Source: Mobula hypostoma (lineage: Eukaryota). Taken from it: a stretch of DNA of 64,000 bases. The DNA lies in the NCBI RefSeq assembly GCF_963921235.1, contig NC_086097.1, positions 41,232,001 through 41,296,000 on the forward strand, in the 5' to 3' direction. Numbering within the stretch: position 1 is the stretch's first letter; each line of letters begins with the position of its first letter. The notes beneath the pieces were generated by a model. It ran no database searches, had not been told where the DNA came from, and was given only the letters and a program-made list of their open reading frames with translations. The position numbers and the translations under genes are program-made. This document shows, in pieces, positions 26,472-39,290 of the stretch.

Positions 26472-26769
26472 CTTTGAAAAGGAGAAAATCCATTGATGCA
26501 AATGTTGCACCAAGCCAGTCCTGTGCTCCTTTAAAAATATAAAGTCTTCACACAAAATAATCTGAAAAGTAGTTTCACAAGTGAGGCTAAGTATATCAAA
26601 GGAAGGAGGGCTAAAAATCTGATTGCATAGTACAACATTTTTAAAAGCAGAATGCCATTGAAAATGCACTTGGGAGGAAGCAACATGTGGTAATGAATGA
26701 CAATTTCCTTGCCACTTTGTATTGGTCTGGAAATTCAGCTGAACTCTTCACAACATGAGTCACTGAAAA

Positions 26770-27520
26770 GATGTATAAAGATACAAGCACATAATTAAGG
26801 TCAGGAGCAAAAAACCCTTGGTCCTTTGAAATTGCTGCATTCTACAGTAAGATCATGGCTGATTTGACTGCAAACTCAACTCTGCTTTGCCATTTTTCCT
26901 TAACAGCAATTTACTTCTTTGTCTGCCAAGTATCTCATCCTCCACTGACCTTTGACAAAGAGAATTCAAAAGATTAATGACCATATGAGAGAGAAAATAA
27001 CATTGCCTGAGCTCTGTCTTAAATGAGCAGTGCCTCTCTGCTGCTCCCTGTCCCAGGTTATTCCTCAATATGCAGCATCCCCTCCATGTTCACCTTGTCA
27101 ATCCCCTCATTTAAGTCATCTCTCACTTTTCTATAATCCAGTGGAGACAAGCACAGCCTGCTCAACCTTTCCAAATGAGATAACCTGCTCATTCCAGCTA
27201 TCAGTCTGATAGACCTTCTCTCAAATGTTTCCAAGGCACTTAACCTCCTTTCTAAAATAAGGAAACTCATACTCCACATTATATTCCAGATTCAGTATAT
27301 CTGTGCCCTATGGAGCTGAAGTGTAACCTCTGATTTTTACATTCAGCTCTGCTGGCAGTAAACATTAACACTCTGTTGGCTTTCCCAATTACTGTGCCAT
27401 CTCCAAGCTAACAATTTCATATTCTGCATTCCACTCACCTAATCTATTTGCAGCATTCTTATCTCTGCCTCTCAACTTCCTTTCTAGCTTAACCAAAAGT
27501 GTATCGTCTGAAAGTGTTCA
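26770..27520 (-). mobile_element. Decayed CR1 3' fragment
   Basis: ALETFERRSIRLIAGMSRLS..ERLSRL.L..L..R..R.DL remnants. Confidence 0.65.
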
Positions 27521-28714
27521 TTTGAGGACCAGTGACCTGAGTGCTTGCTGATGTCGCACTGCTGTGTCCATCTAGTAAGTTAAATGTCAAATTGAGACAC
27601 TGATATACTTTTAACTACTTTCCAAAACATGTAATGAAGTTTAACTTTTCTGCAGGATTTGTATAATTACTTTCAGTGGGCAATGTAGTGTATGTGCACG
27701 TCTTTCATGAGAGAATTGAACCAATTTTCTGTCAATTTTAGATGTAGGTTATTAAATATTCTTATGATTGTGCACTACATTGTCCTTTTTTCCATATTGT
27801 TATATGTATAAAGATCATGAATGGGACTGGACTCTTCTGGAATAAAGCATTATCTTTTGTTGAAGGCTTTGGCAGGGTGATGTGTACATGCTTGGCAATA
27901 TGTTCGGATATGAAAATGTGGAAAAGTTATATCGTGTGCTAACACACTTATTGAAACCAATGAGGTTCTACATCCTGACAAGGTGACTGAACTTGTAGTG
28001 AAATGAATACCATTCTGCAATCACATTCTGCAATTCACATTGATTTTGAAACCCACATGTAGTAGCACTCTTTGTTCTAAGTGGATTCACTTTGTTGGAA
28101 TACTCAGTTTGCCGTTGGATATGTTCTCAAGTTGGGCAGTAGTGTTTCTGACAATCATTTTGATAAAATAGATAAATAGCTCTTCCAGTGCTGATTTATT
28201 TCTTAGTGCTTCAGTTTCAGACCCTCTGGAGTCTCCTAATACTTTGCAGTCTAAAGCAGTAAAGAAAATGGGGATTTGATAATATGTATAATCAGAGGTT
28301 GCTCAAAGGATGAATAGGAAAAACCCGACTGGCTCCAGGTCTGGAGTTAAATAAATTTTGGAGAGCCTTGGTTGGGTAAGAATTGCCACTTTAATGATTG
28401 GACTTAAAAGGTCACTTGCTGAATACAAATTGAAACATGGATTGAATTGTATTCGAGATGCCCTGATTTTTTTTTTAGTGAACTCTTTTAAATGGCTCCT
28501 GCACAACTCCAGCACATCCTTAGGTTATGCTGGTTGATTGTTAATGCAAACAACGCACTTCTCTGTATGCTTCAATGTGATGAATAATTGAATCTGAATC
28601 TGAATCTTAATGCTGTGAGGAACCGCCCTTCAACATAATGCTGAGTCCAGGTACTGAGTGGGAGGTCATTTGCATCCGCAGAAGTAGCGTCAGCTGGCCA
28701 TCAGTGAATTTGAA

Positions 28715-29055
28715 TGTGGAAATAGAGAGCGTGGATGTGGAGAGGATGGTAGGGGAGTTTTGGACCGGAGGCAACAGACTCAGAATAGAAAGATATCCAT
28801 TTAGAACAGTGACCAGGAGGAATTTCTTTAGCCAGAGTGGTGAATCCATGAAATTCATAGTCACAAACAGCTGTGGAGACCAGGTCATTGGGTGAATTTA
28901 AGGTAGAGGTTGATTGTTTCTTGTTTAGTCAGGGCATGAAAGGTTATGGGGAAAAGGCAGGAGAATGGGGCTGAGAGGGGAATGGATCAGCCATGATGAA
29001 ATGGCAGAATTGGGCTGACTAGCCTAACTCTGCTCCTGTGTCTCGTGGTCTTTTA
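28715..29055 (+). mobile_element. CR1 3' end fragment
   Basis: RGNRLRI...FRT..RRNFFSQR, then a CR1 3'UTR ending in a gtctcgtggtc-type tail. Confidence 0.7.
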
Positions 29056-29239
29056 GCCTTATGGAAATCCCAGTCATGAGGAAAGGAGAATGCACTGCAG
29101 GTGCTACAATCTTCTTGGTTTCTTTTCCATATAAAGTGGATGGAAGGGAAGCCAAGCAGGCTTTATTGTGGGTCTGTGACTATTACATCTGGCTTGCCTG
29201 CATGTGCATTCCCTATAGAATCCCCATCAACCAAAAGCA

Positions 29240-29966
29240 ATCTTACTACCTAGTGTGGGGCTGGGTCAAACTAATGTGCCAGGAAGTCGATAGCATGTCC
29301 TCAAGTTCCTTGGTGTCCACATTTCCAAGGATCTCACCTGGTCCCTGAACTCCTCCATCCTGATCAAAAAGGTGCAACAGCACCTTTATTTCCTGCGGAG
29401 CATCAAGAGAGCTCACGTCTGTCCCAAGGTACTGACGGACTTTTACCACTGTACCATTGAGAGCATTCTCACCAACTGCATCTCAGTGTGGTATGGCAAT
29501 TGTCCCGTATTGGACCGCAAAACACTCCAGCGTGTGGTGAAAACTGCCCAGTGGATTATCGGCACCCAATTGGCCCACCACTGAGAACATCTACCATAAA
29601 CGCTGCCTGGGCAGGGTGAAAAGCATTACCAAGGATGCATCTCACCTTAACCATGGACTTTTTACTCTCCTCCCATCCAGTAGGCGCTACAGGAGCCTAG
29701 CTCCTGCACTAACAGGCTCAGGAAGAGCTTCTTCCCTGAGGCTATGACCGTGCTGAACCTCACATCACAGCGCTAAGCAGTATTGCACCCATATTGTACT
29801 GTCTCAGTACTTATATACTTGTGTGCTGTAGCACTTACTTTTTATTCGCAGTTATTTTGTAAATAACACTATTCTTTGCATTTCTGGTTAGATGCTAACT
29901 GCATTTCATTGGCTTTGTATCTGTACTCGGCACAAGGACAATAAAGTTGAATTTAATCTAATCTAA
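29240..29966 (+). mobile_element. Rex1-like LINE 3' end
   Basis: KFLGVHISKDLTW...QQHLYFLRSIK...FYHCTIESILTNCISVWYG...LPSSRRYRS; (AATCT)n tail. Confidence 0.85.
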
Positions 29967-30696
29967 ATGTTAAATACCCTAGCATTATTCAATGAGATAT
30001 TCTCGATTTACTTTATGATTGTAGTATGAAGTGTTGAAACTACTGAGCAACAGAAGTAGGAGGACTAGGAAAGACAGAGAGTTTACATCTTTACAAAAAG
30101 AGGTCTGTAGCTGCATGTAGCTTTACTAAGTCTACCACACTGACAACATGAATAACTTACTCCCTGTCAGAATATAATGAACATACCTAGAAATATATTC
30201 AGGGTTTCTGGGTCCCTGGTTAAAAGGTGCTTCACTTCCAAGATTGAAGATTGTTTAATGCCATTTCCAGTAAAGGAGAACAAAATTATTGTTACTCCAG
30301 ATCCGTTGCGGCACCAAATAAAACCACAATAAATTAAAGAACACACAAATAAAAACACAATAAATAAATATAAATGCATAAGATATCTATTTACTAGATT
30401 GATGTCATACCCACAAAGTGAAGCTAGACACAGGAGTGGCTATCCAATAGATGACTGACAGCAAATGATAAAGTGGGGGTGTGGAGGGGTGGATTAGTGG
30501 ATGTGGGGGGTGGCGCTTCTAGTAATCAGTTTATGTGAATAGAAGATTTTGTTCTTCTGGGGACTAGAAAGATGATGCAGTGAGATTGGATCAGTACTGA
30601 TCCCACAGGTGATGACAGATCAATACTGTATTTAACCACGGACGTTTTCAATGGCCCAGTGCGTATGATATGTCTATTGTTCAACCACTTAATAAA

Positions 30697-30950
30697 CTTA
30701 CTTTATACTTTATTGTTGCCAAACAATTGATACTAGAACGTACAATCATCACAGCGATATTTGATTCTGTGCTTCCCACTCCCTGGATTACAAATATTAA
30801 ATACTAAAAATAGTAAAAATTAGTAAATATTAAAAAATTAAATTATAAATCATAAATAGAAAATAGAAAAAAGGAAAGTAAGGTAGTGCAAAAAACCGAG
30901 AGGCATGTCCGGATATTTGGAGGGTACGGCCCAGATCCAGGTCAGGATCT
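30697..30950 (-). mobile_element. Rex1-like LINE 3'UTR, same subfamily as 2195-2781
   Basis: Reverse complement aligns by eye with 2541-2781. Confidence 0.85.
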
Positions 30951-32899
30951 AAATAACTAAAATAAATAACTTTCCATTGAGATACCCATCAGCATATGCG
31001 GAAGACTTGATATTGCTTTGGTTCATCAAACTTCAGGTAAACAGAGGCCAACTATGCTGAAAATACTGAAGTTCTGCCTTTGCAAAGGCAATCTGTACAA
31101 CTGTTTCTCTACTGGGCTCTGAGCTTCTGAATTAAATGCATTGCTCTCTGTCATTCACGTGTTGATAGTGGAGCCATTCTCCTCTTAAGCTGGTCATTGT
31201 AATTCGTGGTAGGAAAAGCAGCCATTTACAGCTTGGTCAGCATTCTATGAAGGACACAGGTATAATAACCAACAACATCACATCGCTTTAGAAAATCGTT
31301 ATGTACATAAAAGAATATGATGTTATGTCAGCACTTAGAGGATTGCACTTCTGTCCTTGAAAATGTGCTTAAAATATTTCTCAAAATCATTTGCAAACAA
31401 GTGGTATAAACATTGTGAAAGGTTGGAGTATTTGGAAGAGGTGCATTGATCAACACTACTATGTGATGGTGCAGCAGAGCTGAAGTAAAAATGGCTTGCT
31501 TTTCAGAATTGAATTAAAGCCTGCAGGAAAAATGCATGTCCCGAAACTCAAATGGAAGTGCGGTAAGAATAACCCAAGGTGATGACAGGTGCAGGCAAAG
31601 ACAATGAGATGTAAACAGAAGTGATTTATACACCATGAGCATAATAATGAGGAAAACATTGTACAGTGAGCTAGCCAGGAAGACTGAGGTTGCTATGGGA
31701 TCAACACAAAGGTAAATTGAAAAGAGTTTGATGGACAGCTGTCATAGTGATAGGACAAGTAAGTCCAAGTTACCTGCAGAATCAGAGAATCAGCAGGTTG
31801 GCCTTTGAAAAATACTGAAGCAAAGGATACTTAACATTTAGTAGGGTAATAAGTTGAATTGTATATTTTTTTCTCACTGGCCCATGGTCATATATGGTTT
31901 TGTTGAGAGAAAAATTCTTAATTAGGAAAATATATATGGTTAAAGGCTATGTTTGAAAAGACACTCAAAAATAAAATTTACCTGCCAACAGAGATGTTTA
32001 TACCCAGGTAATTAAGCGTATAATATGAGTGCTATCTCCTGGGTCATTTACAGATCAAAGATTTTGTTGGCAAGACAAACATTCATTGCCCATCACTAAT
32101 GATCATTGAGAAGATGGTGGTGAGCTTTGCTTTGAATCAAATTCCTTATAGAAAGCAGTGGGAATTAGACCCCAATCTTACAGTTGATGTTGTGATAGAA
32201 TCACTCGAACTGCTGTGCTACCATACCACCCCACTTTGCAGGGAACATACAATAAGTAGTGTCCTTCTATACCTTGTTTCCCCTCCAACTTGGTGCTGAA
32301 GCAAGATGCTGTTGCGGCAGCCTAGGCAGGTAATAGTCATGCATTTGGTACACAAGGCAGCAACAGTGTGAGAAAGAGTAATGAATTGCTTGGCGTAATG
32401 AATAAGGTGTCATTCAGCAATGTTGCCTTGACCTGAATGGTATCAGGTTTCATCCTGTAATGATGAGTGTTCGATCATACTCCCAACTTATTCCTTACAA
32501 ACAGTGGAAGGGTATTGGTGTGTCAAAACGTGAGTTATTTGCCACATTACCTGCACTTAGAGCTGCTGTAGTTACAGATGGTTGGTCTATTTAAGTTTCT
32601 GGTCAAAGATGACACTGAGGTTGTTATCGATGGGGAATCAGTAATGATAATGTCATTGCTATTTTTACTAGGTCATTGAAGCAACCATTGTTCCCTTCGG
32701 AGCGAGTTCTAATTTTCAAAATGTGATGAGACGGAACTGAATATCTCAGCAATACCATCCTTAGTCCTAGATCAGGCTGAAGCACTATAGTGTACAGGGT
32801 CTGGCAGAAAGTTATTTTTACTGTTTGAATACTAACGCACAAAAAAAGTTTTCTCAAAATGTATTGCTTTGTGGAATGTGACCATATTGTTCACATTTG

Positions 32900-33415
32900 A
32901 TTCAGTAATAAAAATGAATTGGAGACACATTTTCTTCCTGGGTAGTCTCCAACCCATTGGTATGAACATCCTATTTTCCACTTTCAGGTTACTCTCACCT
33001 CCCGTTCCAACTGCCCTTCCTGTCTCCCCCAATGGTTTCCTTTATCACCCTACTTACTTAGCCATTTCTAGTGGTGGCAGTCTTTGTGTTCCCACTTATT
33101 ACCATACCGCAGCCATCTCAACCTTCCATACTTCCCCTAACATGGCTCCATCTAGCCCTTTATACCCTCTTTATCTTCTTCTGCCGATCATCCACCTACT
33201 TCTGTCTCCAAATTCCATTCGCTACCTGCCCATCATTCATCACCCCTCTCCTTGGTGCCTCTATCGCCTAGAGGCCTTAGCTCTCCTCCTCTCTACTCTC
33301 TGATTTTCCACTACACTGTCTGTTCTGATGTACAGTCTCAACCAGAAGCATCTCTCCCCTCCCCCATAAAGATGCTACTTGACCCAGTGGGTTCCTCCAG
33401 CAATTTGCTTTGTGA
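32900..33415 (+). mobile_element. Old Penelope 3' end / pLTR
   Basis: HIFFLGSLQPIGMNILFSTFR matches the PLE C-terminus (LGSLQPDGMNIDFSNFR); pyrimidine-rich pLTR with a decayed hammerhead. Confidence 0.65.
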
Positions 33416-34371
33416 AGGAGAATGAATGACCTGATTGGTTCTCAACAGCTGAGCCTGCAGTACATCATGGCAGCCTTTAGTGATTTCCCTCATTCCTAGG
33501 AGTCTATCTTGGGTACAAGGTGAGCTACCAATGCGTTATGCCCATTTACAGACCCAGGACTTCTGCTCCTTTGTCTTATGGTCTTATGGTCTTACCATCT
33601 GAACTTCAGTGGTGGATAGCACACTGATTTAGTGGCAGTGGGCTTGTAGGTATTTTTACATATAGTCTGAACCCACTTGGGAGGGAAAAACTAGACAAGG
33701 TGCACTGAGCATACCTGTGATAATAAAAGAATATAATATAAACACGACTGATTTAGTGTGATAATAAAAGAATATAATACAAACACTAAAAGAATATAAT
33801 AAAATAATGTAATACAAACACTACTGATTTATGACAAATTACATGAAATTGCCAAAGATACTGCCAAAGATTTATGACAAATACTATTGTACAATGATGA
33901 GAGATTCTGTGTCCTGTATAACTTCAGATGTTAAATATAGCCGTGGCATACATTCATGCACACATTTCCTTGCAAGTTTTCTTTAACTTTGAATATTACT
34001 TTATTTTTAACCGTAGATGATATTGTACATAACTCATCCTGGCTTGAATTTGGAATGTGAGTCCTTTCTTTCCATGGATTCTTCAAGTTGTTTGATCTTG
34101 CCTTGAAAACTGCTTATGCCAAAAAGCACACCCATTTCAATTTGTTGGCTGCAACCTTTTCTTCTGATTTTTCTTTCTTCACACTGTTTGCTTCTAATAG
34201 GACCCTGAACTGTCCAATAGACCAGTGTTTGTGGTTCAGCCTTTGTGTAGAGGGTAAAAATAAATGAACTCAACAGCAATTACATCCACACCAGGACCAC
34301 CAAACTCAAAACCAGTTACTTCCCCAAACAGTAAGGCCGATGAACACCTCCACCCACCATCTCCACCACTA

Positions 34372-34845
34372 CGAGATGTGATTGATAAGTTTGTGGCCTA
34401 AAGTAGAAGGAGTCAATTTTAGAAAACCTAGCACATTTATTTTTCAACATAGTCCCCTCCTACATTTACATACTTAGTCCAGCGGTCATGGAGGATACAG
34501 ATCTTGTTAATTATTAATAACTCATCTCCTTCTGCCATAGGCCACGAATTTATCAATCACCCCTGGTGAGTTATTAACTTCAAACTTTCTGCATAATCAC
34601 TCAAAGAGTTGAACTGCATGTACATGTAATGAGAGCTGTATAACTCATCTCCTTCTATCTTAGGCCACAAACTTATCGATCACCCCTGCTGTGGACACTT
34701 TCTGGAGGTCCAAGATCCGTATGCTCCACGACCACTGGACTAAGTGTGTAAATGTAGGAGGGGACGATGTTGAAAAATTAATGTTCTAAGTTTTCTAAAA
34801 TTGACTCCTTCTGCTTTAGGCCACGAACTTACCAATCACCCCTGG
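34372..34845. mobile_element. Mariner-derived foldback MITE inserted in a Rex1 3'UTR (34285-35045)
   Basis: TA TSD (34370-71, 34846-47); ~135-bp inverted arms (34372-34506 / ~34711-34845), each containing the mariner C-terminus WTKCVNVGGD(Y)VEK. Confidence 0.85.
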
Positions 34846-36796
34846 TACTTTATTAGTTCCTGTCAGTCACCTTATGTACAGCCTTGTGTCACTTCATGGA
34901 CATACAGTCTATGTACATAAGCTATCTTTTGTACTTATATTTATTATGTTTTTTTGTGCTACATCAGATCTGGAGTAAAATTGTTTTGTTCTCATTTTTG
35001 CTTGTGTACTGGAAATGACAATAAACAATTATGAATTTTGAATCTTAAAAAAATATATTCTCAGGATAGTTCTGGTGTTTGTCATTTTCAAAAGCTACTG
35101 GAGACAGAAACAACCATCCTGCTACTCCTGAGTTGCCCCTCAAACCTTGGTGCCAGCCACAGTGAACAGTATGAATCGACTCTTTGAGGTTTCCTTTCAG
35201 ATCATAGCCTGGTTTCCCCATAGAATCTGCAATGGAACATCTTTGTCATATTTGGTTCATCAGGAATTAAGTGCTTCTTACTGAAGGAACTTGACTGCAG
35301 GCTGAAGCATTTTTGAGAATTGGTTCACTGCCAATAGACAATAAGTTGCTGTAAATGGATTTAATTCTACATGGGAGCCCATTATCAGTTATTTCCTGCA
35401 GTGGTTGATGCTGTGGTCTTTGTTCTGGATTATTTTCTATAATTACCCTGATCCAGATGCTAGAAAGACATTGAGGATGATCCAAAGGTATGTGCATGTT
35501 TCACAGCTGTGGAGGGTGATAAATAAATTAATGTTTTGGGAAAGGTTTGCAAAATTAAGTCAAAGTGATAAAAACATAGTGTCAGTCATGTGGTACGGTA
35601 GAATAGCAAATATACTAATACTTAAGGGAACAAAATTAAAGAATATAATGAAAGAAAAAGACATAAAGAGAAAATGATGGAAACTCAACAGGCCAGGTAG
35701 CATCAGTGGAGAAATGGAGTTAATATTTCAAGGTGAACACTTAGTTCTGATGTGAAACATCAATCTTTCTCTTTCCACGTACTGCCTGACCACTGTTTCC
35801 AACACTTCCTGCTCTTATTCCAGGTTTCCTACATCTGCGATTTTTCTGACTTTCAGAAGAAAAAAAAACTTTCCTATTACAAAGCACCACTTGCATATTC
35901 AAAGCAATGAAGCAATTGCTCGCGTAAAGAGGGATGTACATTCTAACCACAGGAGATTTCACAGTAAAGCAAAACAAGCTTGTCCTTACATTAGCTAGAT
36001 TTTATTTGGAATAATCTGTGCATCTGGGATTGGCTCTGGGGGATTCTAAGGCTCTGGATAAGGGGTAAAGGCAACAAGATTTATTTTGAATTTAATACAT
36101 CTTTGCAACCCAGATATTCACAAACATCTGGGTCCCTATATTTTGAAAACAAAACAAAAACTTGGCTCCATTTTATTAAGAATCATCAAATAATGATGTA
36201 ACCAGACTGCGTTTACATGGTTCAGTTATTTCAACCAAATTATATAAGAAGGAGCAGAGATCAAATGAGAATGCTATGTAAATGTAGAAGTAAATTGGTT
36301 ACAGCACATAATGATGATGAAATTGCTTAAGGATAGAATAAGATAAGAAATAGAAAAGAATAGAATGTAAACTCCCTCAAACTTTCTCTAGCATTCACCA
36401 AGCAGATTATATCAGGGCCACTTTCCTGCCTGATCTCCACAAATCCTTGACTCTCTCTGTTCATCTTTGAACATCGAAAAAATTCTTCCGCAGATGCTGA
36501 AAATCTGACATAAAAAAAGAATATTGGATACTCAAAGGACAAAAGGGGTGGTGTTTGTGGGAAGGAGACCAGCAAGATGATGTGACCCAAGGGTGGTAGA
36601 ACTTGATAAAGAGGACAGTGTAGGATTGTGAACAGCAAATGGCAAGTCTGGGAGGTGCTGAAAATAGGTGGAGATAACAATCAGTCCTGACTTCCACATA
36701 AACATGAGGAATTCTGCAGATGCTGGAAATTCAAGCAAAACACATCAAAGTTGCTGATGAACGCAGCAGGCCAGGCAGCATCTCTAGGAAGAGGTG

Positions 36797-36834
36797 CAGT
36801 CGACGTTTCAGGCCGAGACCCTTCGTCAGGACTG
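36797..36834 (-). ncRNA. Minimal type I hammerhead ribozyme motif (intact core)
   Basis: Minus strand reads cagtc-CUGACGA-agg gtctcgg cct-GAAA-c GUC-gactg: stem I 5 bp, stem II 3 bp, palindromic ACGU stem III of the dimer type, GUC cleavage triplet. Confidence 0.75.
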
Positions 36835-36989
36835 ACTGAAGGAAGAGCTAGTAAGAGATTTGAAAGTGGGAGGGAGAGGGTGAGATCCAAAAGGATAGAA
36901 GAAGACAGGAGGGGGAGGGTTGGAACCAAAAGTTGGATCTCCCCCTCCCCCTCCCACTTTCAAATCTCTTACTAGCTCTTCCTTCAGTT

Positions 36990-37025
36990 AGTCCTGACGA
37001 AGGGTCTCGGCCCGAAACATCGACT
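36990..37025 (+). ncRNA. Minimal hammerhead ribozyme motif (AUC variant), sense to the host pre-mRNA
   Basis: agtc-CUGACGA-a ggg tctcgg ccc-GAAA-c AUC-gact. Confidence 0.6.
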
Positions 37026-37375
37026 GTACTGACTTCACATCCCTGAATTCCCATTTCAATGAATTTTGAGCCTGTCATGACGGTGAGTTCTTCGTGAGGA
37101 AGAACTCACCGTGGTAATTCTAGTTGAGGGAAGGTTCTATAGCAATGTTGTGATTCCACTGTTTTCACTCCTGTCGTTGCTGGATAATGATAAAACACAA
37201 GTCATGATGAAAACAAGTGTTGTCCTTACTCAATGTATGCAGACAACAAACAGTGACGTTTCTTAGACCATGAGTCACCGCCCCAGCTCCCATTTTCCAC
37301 TTGCTGCCCTCTTTCAAGCCTCTTGCCTTCTAGATTTGCCATTATGATATTAACTCTCCGAGTTTTTGCACATCA

Positions 37376-37677
37376 CTTTTTAAAATTTCTTAAATTTATT
37401 GAGATATGGTACAGAATTGGCCTTCCTGGCCCTTCGAGCCACACCGCCCAGCAACCCACCTATTTAACCCTAGCCTGATCACAGGACAATTTACAATGAC
37501 CAACTAACCGACCAACTGGTACATCTTCGGACTGTGGGAGGAAACCGGAGCACCCGGAGCAAACCCACGCGGTGACAGGGAGAACGTACAAACTCCTTCC
37601 AGGCAGCAGACAAGAATCGAAGCTGGGTTGCTGGTGCTGTAAAATATTGTGCTAACCACTACGCTGCAGTGCCGCAC
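37376..37677 (-). mobile_element. tRNA-derived V-SINE (HE1-like) with CR1-type tail
   Basis: Minus strand: A-box gcgtagtggttag, B-box gcttcgattc, V-domain gagtttgtacgttctccctgt...gtgggtttgctccgggtgctccggtttcctcccacagtcc, then a gaagggcc stem-loop and A-rich tail. Confidence 0.85.
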
Positions 37678-38639
37678 ACTTCTTCGCTCTAACCTATTCT
37701 TCTCAGAACTTGGAGCAGTTTGCTCACGAAGGAACAATGCTGACACTGATCTCAAACCTGCCAGCTAGGCATTGCATTTGACTTCTGCTACTCTAGCTCT
37801 CTGACACCTCCTCATACCTTCCTCTGGACCTTTAGCCCTCCAGTGAGTTTCAGGCAATTGTAGCCCAGATAGTCACCTAGAAATAATCCTTTGAGAGCCA
37901 TTGGCCTCATTATCTCTCACTATAAACAGCCGTTCCCTACATCCTCTCTAGCATCCACAAGCCAGACTGCCCTACTTGAACCATCACTTCAGCCTTTTTT
38001 TTTATTCCTGATCTTTTCTGGTCCGACTTTGAACTTTCTCCTCATCCCATTCAGATTTCTGATTATTTCTGGCAATACCAACAATTTCTGATTTCCTGGC
38101 TCTCTGTGATGTGTCCACTGTAGATGTCAACACCCCTCAGTCCATACCAGAATGGCTTGATATCTCCGCTTCTTCTTTGAAATGAGGGCCACCATGCATT
38201 TTGGTTTTCTGACATTGAACAATCTATGCCATCACTCACTTTCTTATAGTTTTCAAAAAGATACAACAAAGAATATGTAATTAGATAAAGCTTAGCTCTA
38301 ATACTGAAGGCATGTGCTCCAGACCAAAGTTCCCTCAACACAATTGCATTGGCATCTACTCTTTAATCGGGAAGGATAAGTCTAATCTGGCTATTTACAA
38401 CCTAATGTATCTACTCTGAGTCATCAGTCAAATATCGACAAGAGCACTAACAAGGAGAACTTACTCGCCAGTACTCTTTTGATTGACCCCTGTTTTAGAT
38501 TGCACCGGATTCACTCAGATCCAGACTTAAGCTAAAGTTTGGTCAGGAGCTGAATTTCAGAGGTAGAATGAAAGTGGTTGCCCTTCCCACTAAAATAACA
38601 TGAGGGTAACATCAATGAACCCTGATAAAACTAGTCTGT

Positions 38640-39290
38640 CGAAATCAAGGGAAAATAATGTCATAATGTTCAGCTCCCCTTTGACATTCAGTGGCAATAG
38701 CATCACCCAGCACCTTACCATCAATAACTTTGTGAATCTATATTTGGATCAGCCACTGGGGCAATAAGAGCAAGTCAAAGGACCACGTATTCTTTGCTGA
38801 GTGCACCTCATAGCATCTTTTGCAGCATCTTTAAGGTTTGAGTCTGGAGCAAATGAAATATTCTTTGTTGAACAGAATAAATGCAGGTTTAATAGCACTC
38901 AAATATCTAACACCAGTCAAGTAAAAACAGTCCACATTGGCAACCCTCTCCACTCTTAACTATACATACCCTTCACCAGTGGTACAGTGTGTGCCATCTG
39001 CAAAATGCACTGCAGTTACTCACCTAGTAGTATGACATAGTGTTTGTCCCAAACTTTGTCCAACACTATGTCCTAAACTTGCAACTTCTGCCATCAAGAA
39101 GTTCAAGGGAGCAGCAATGCTGAAATGACACCATCTCTTGGTTCCTGTCAAAGTTGCATGCCATGCAAACTTGGAAATGTGCTGCTGTTCTTTCATTGTC
39201 TCTGGTTCTAGGTCTAGGATTTCTGTACCATGGAAGAACCTTCACAGGAAATATAGCAACATTCAAGAGTGGCTTTACCCAAGCCACAAA
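38640..39290 (+). mobile_element. Ancient LINE (CR1-like) 3' remnant
   Basis: Decayed motifs typical of old chondrichthyan LINE 3' ends (cagtgtgtgccatctgcaaaatgcactgcag); no clean ORF. Confidence 0.35.

Larger units (their letters stand above)
36695..37028. mobile_element. Inverted (head-to-head) Penelope pLTR pair with two hammerhead motifs
   Basis: Inverted arms ~36795-36890 / 36936-37028; probable TSD CTGACTTC (36687-36694, 37029-37036). Confidence 0.85.

Noticed and set aside
33717..33885. CRISPR-like or other repeat-spacer array
   Set aside because: The repeats are irregular, overlapping and AT-rich with no constant spacers, and the context is a vertebrate intron.
37600..37677. tRNA gene
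   Set aside because: The A and B boxes belong to the head of a V-SINE; there is no complete cloverleaf.
38300..38345. aaggcatgtgctccaga resembling the start of the next MDGA2 exon (KAYAPE)
   Set aside because: No proper acceptor, and the similarity stops after five codons.
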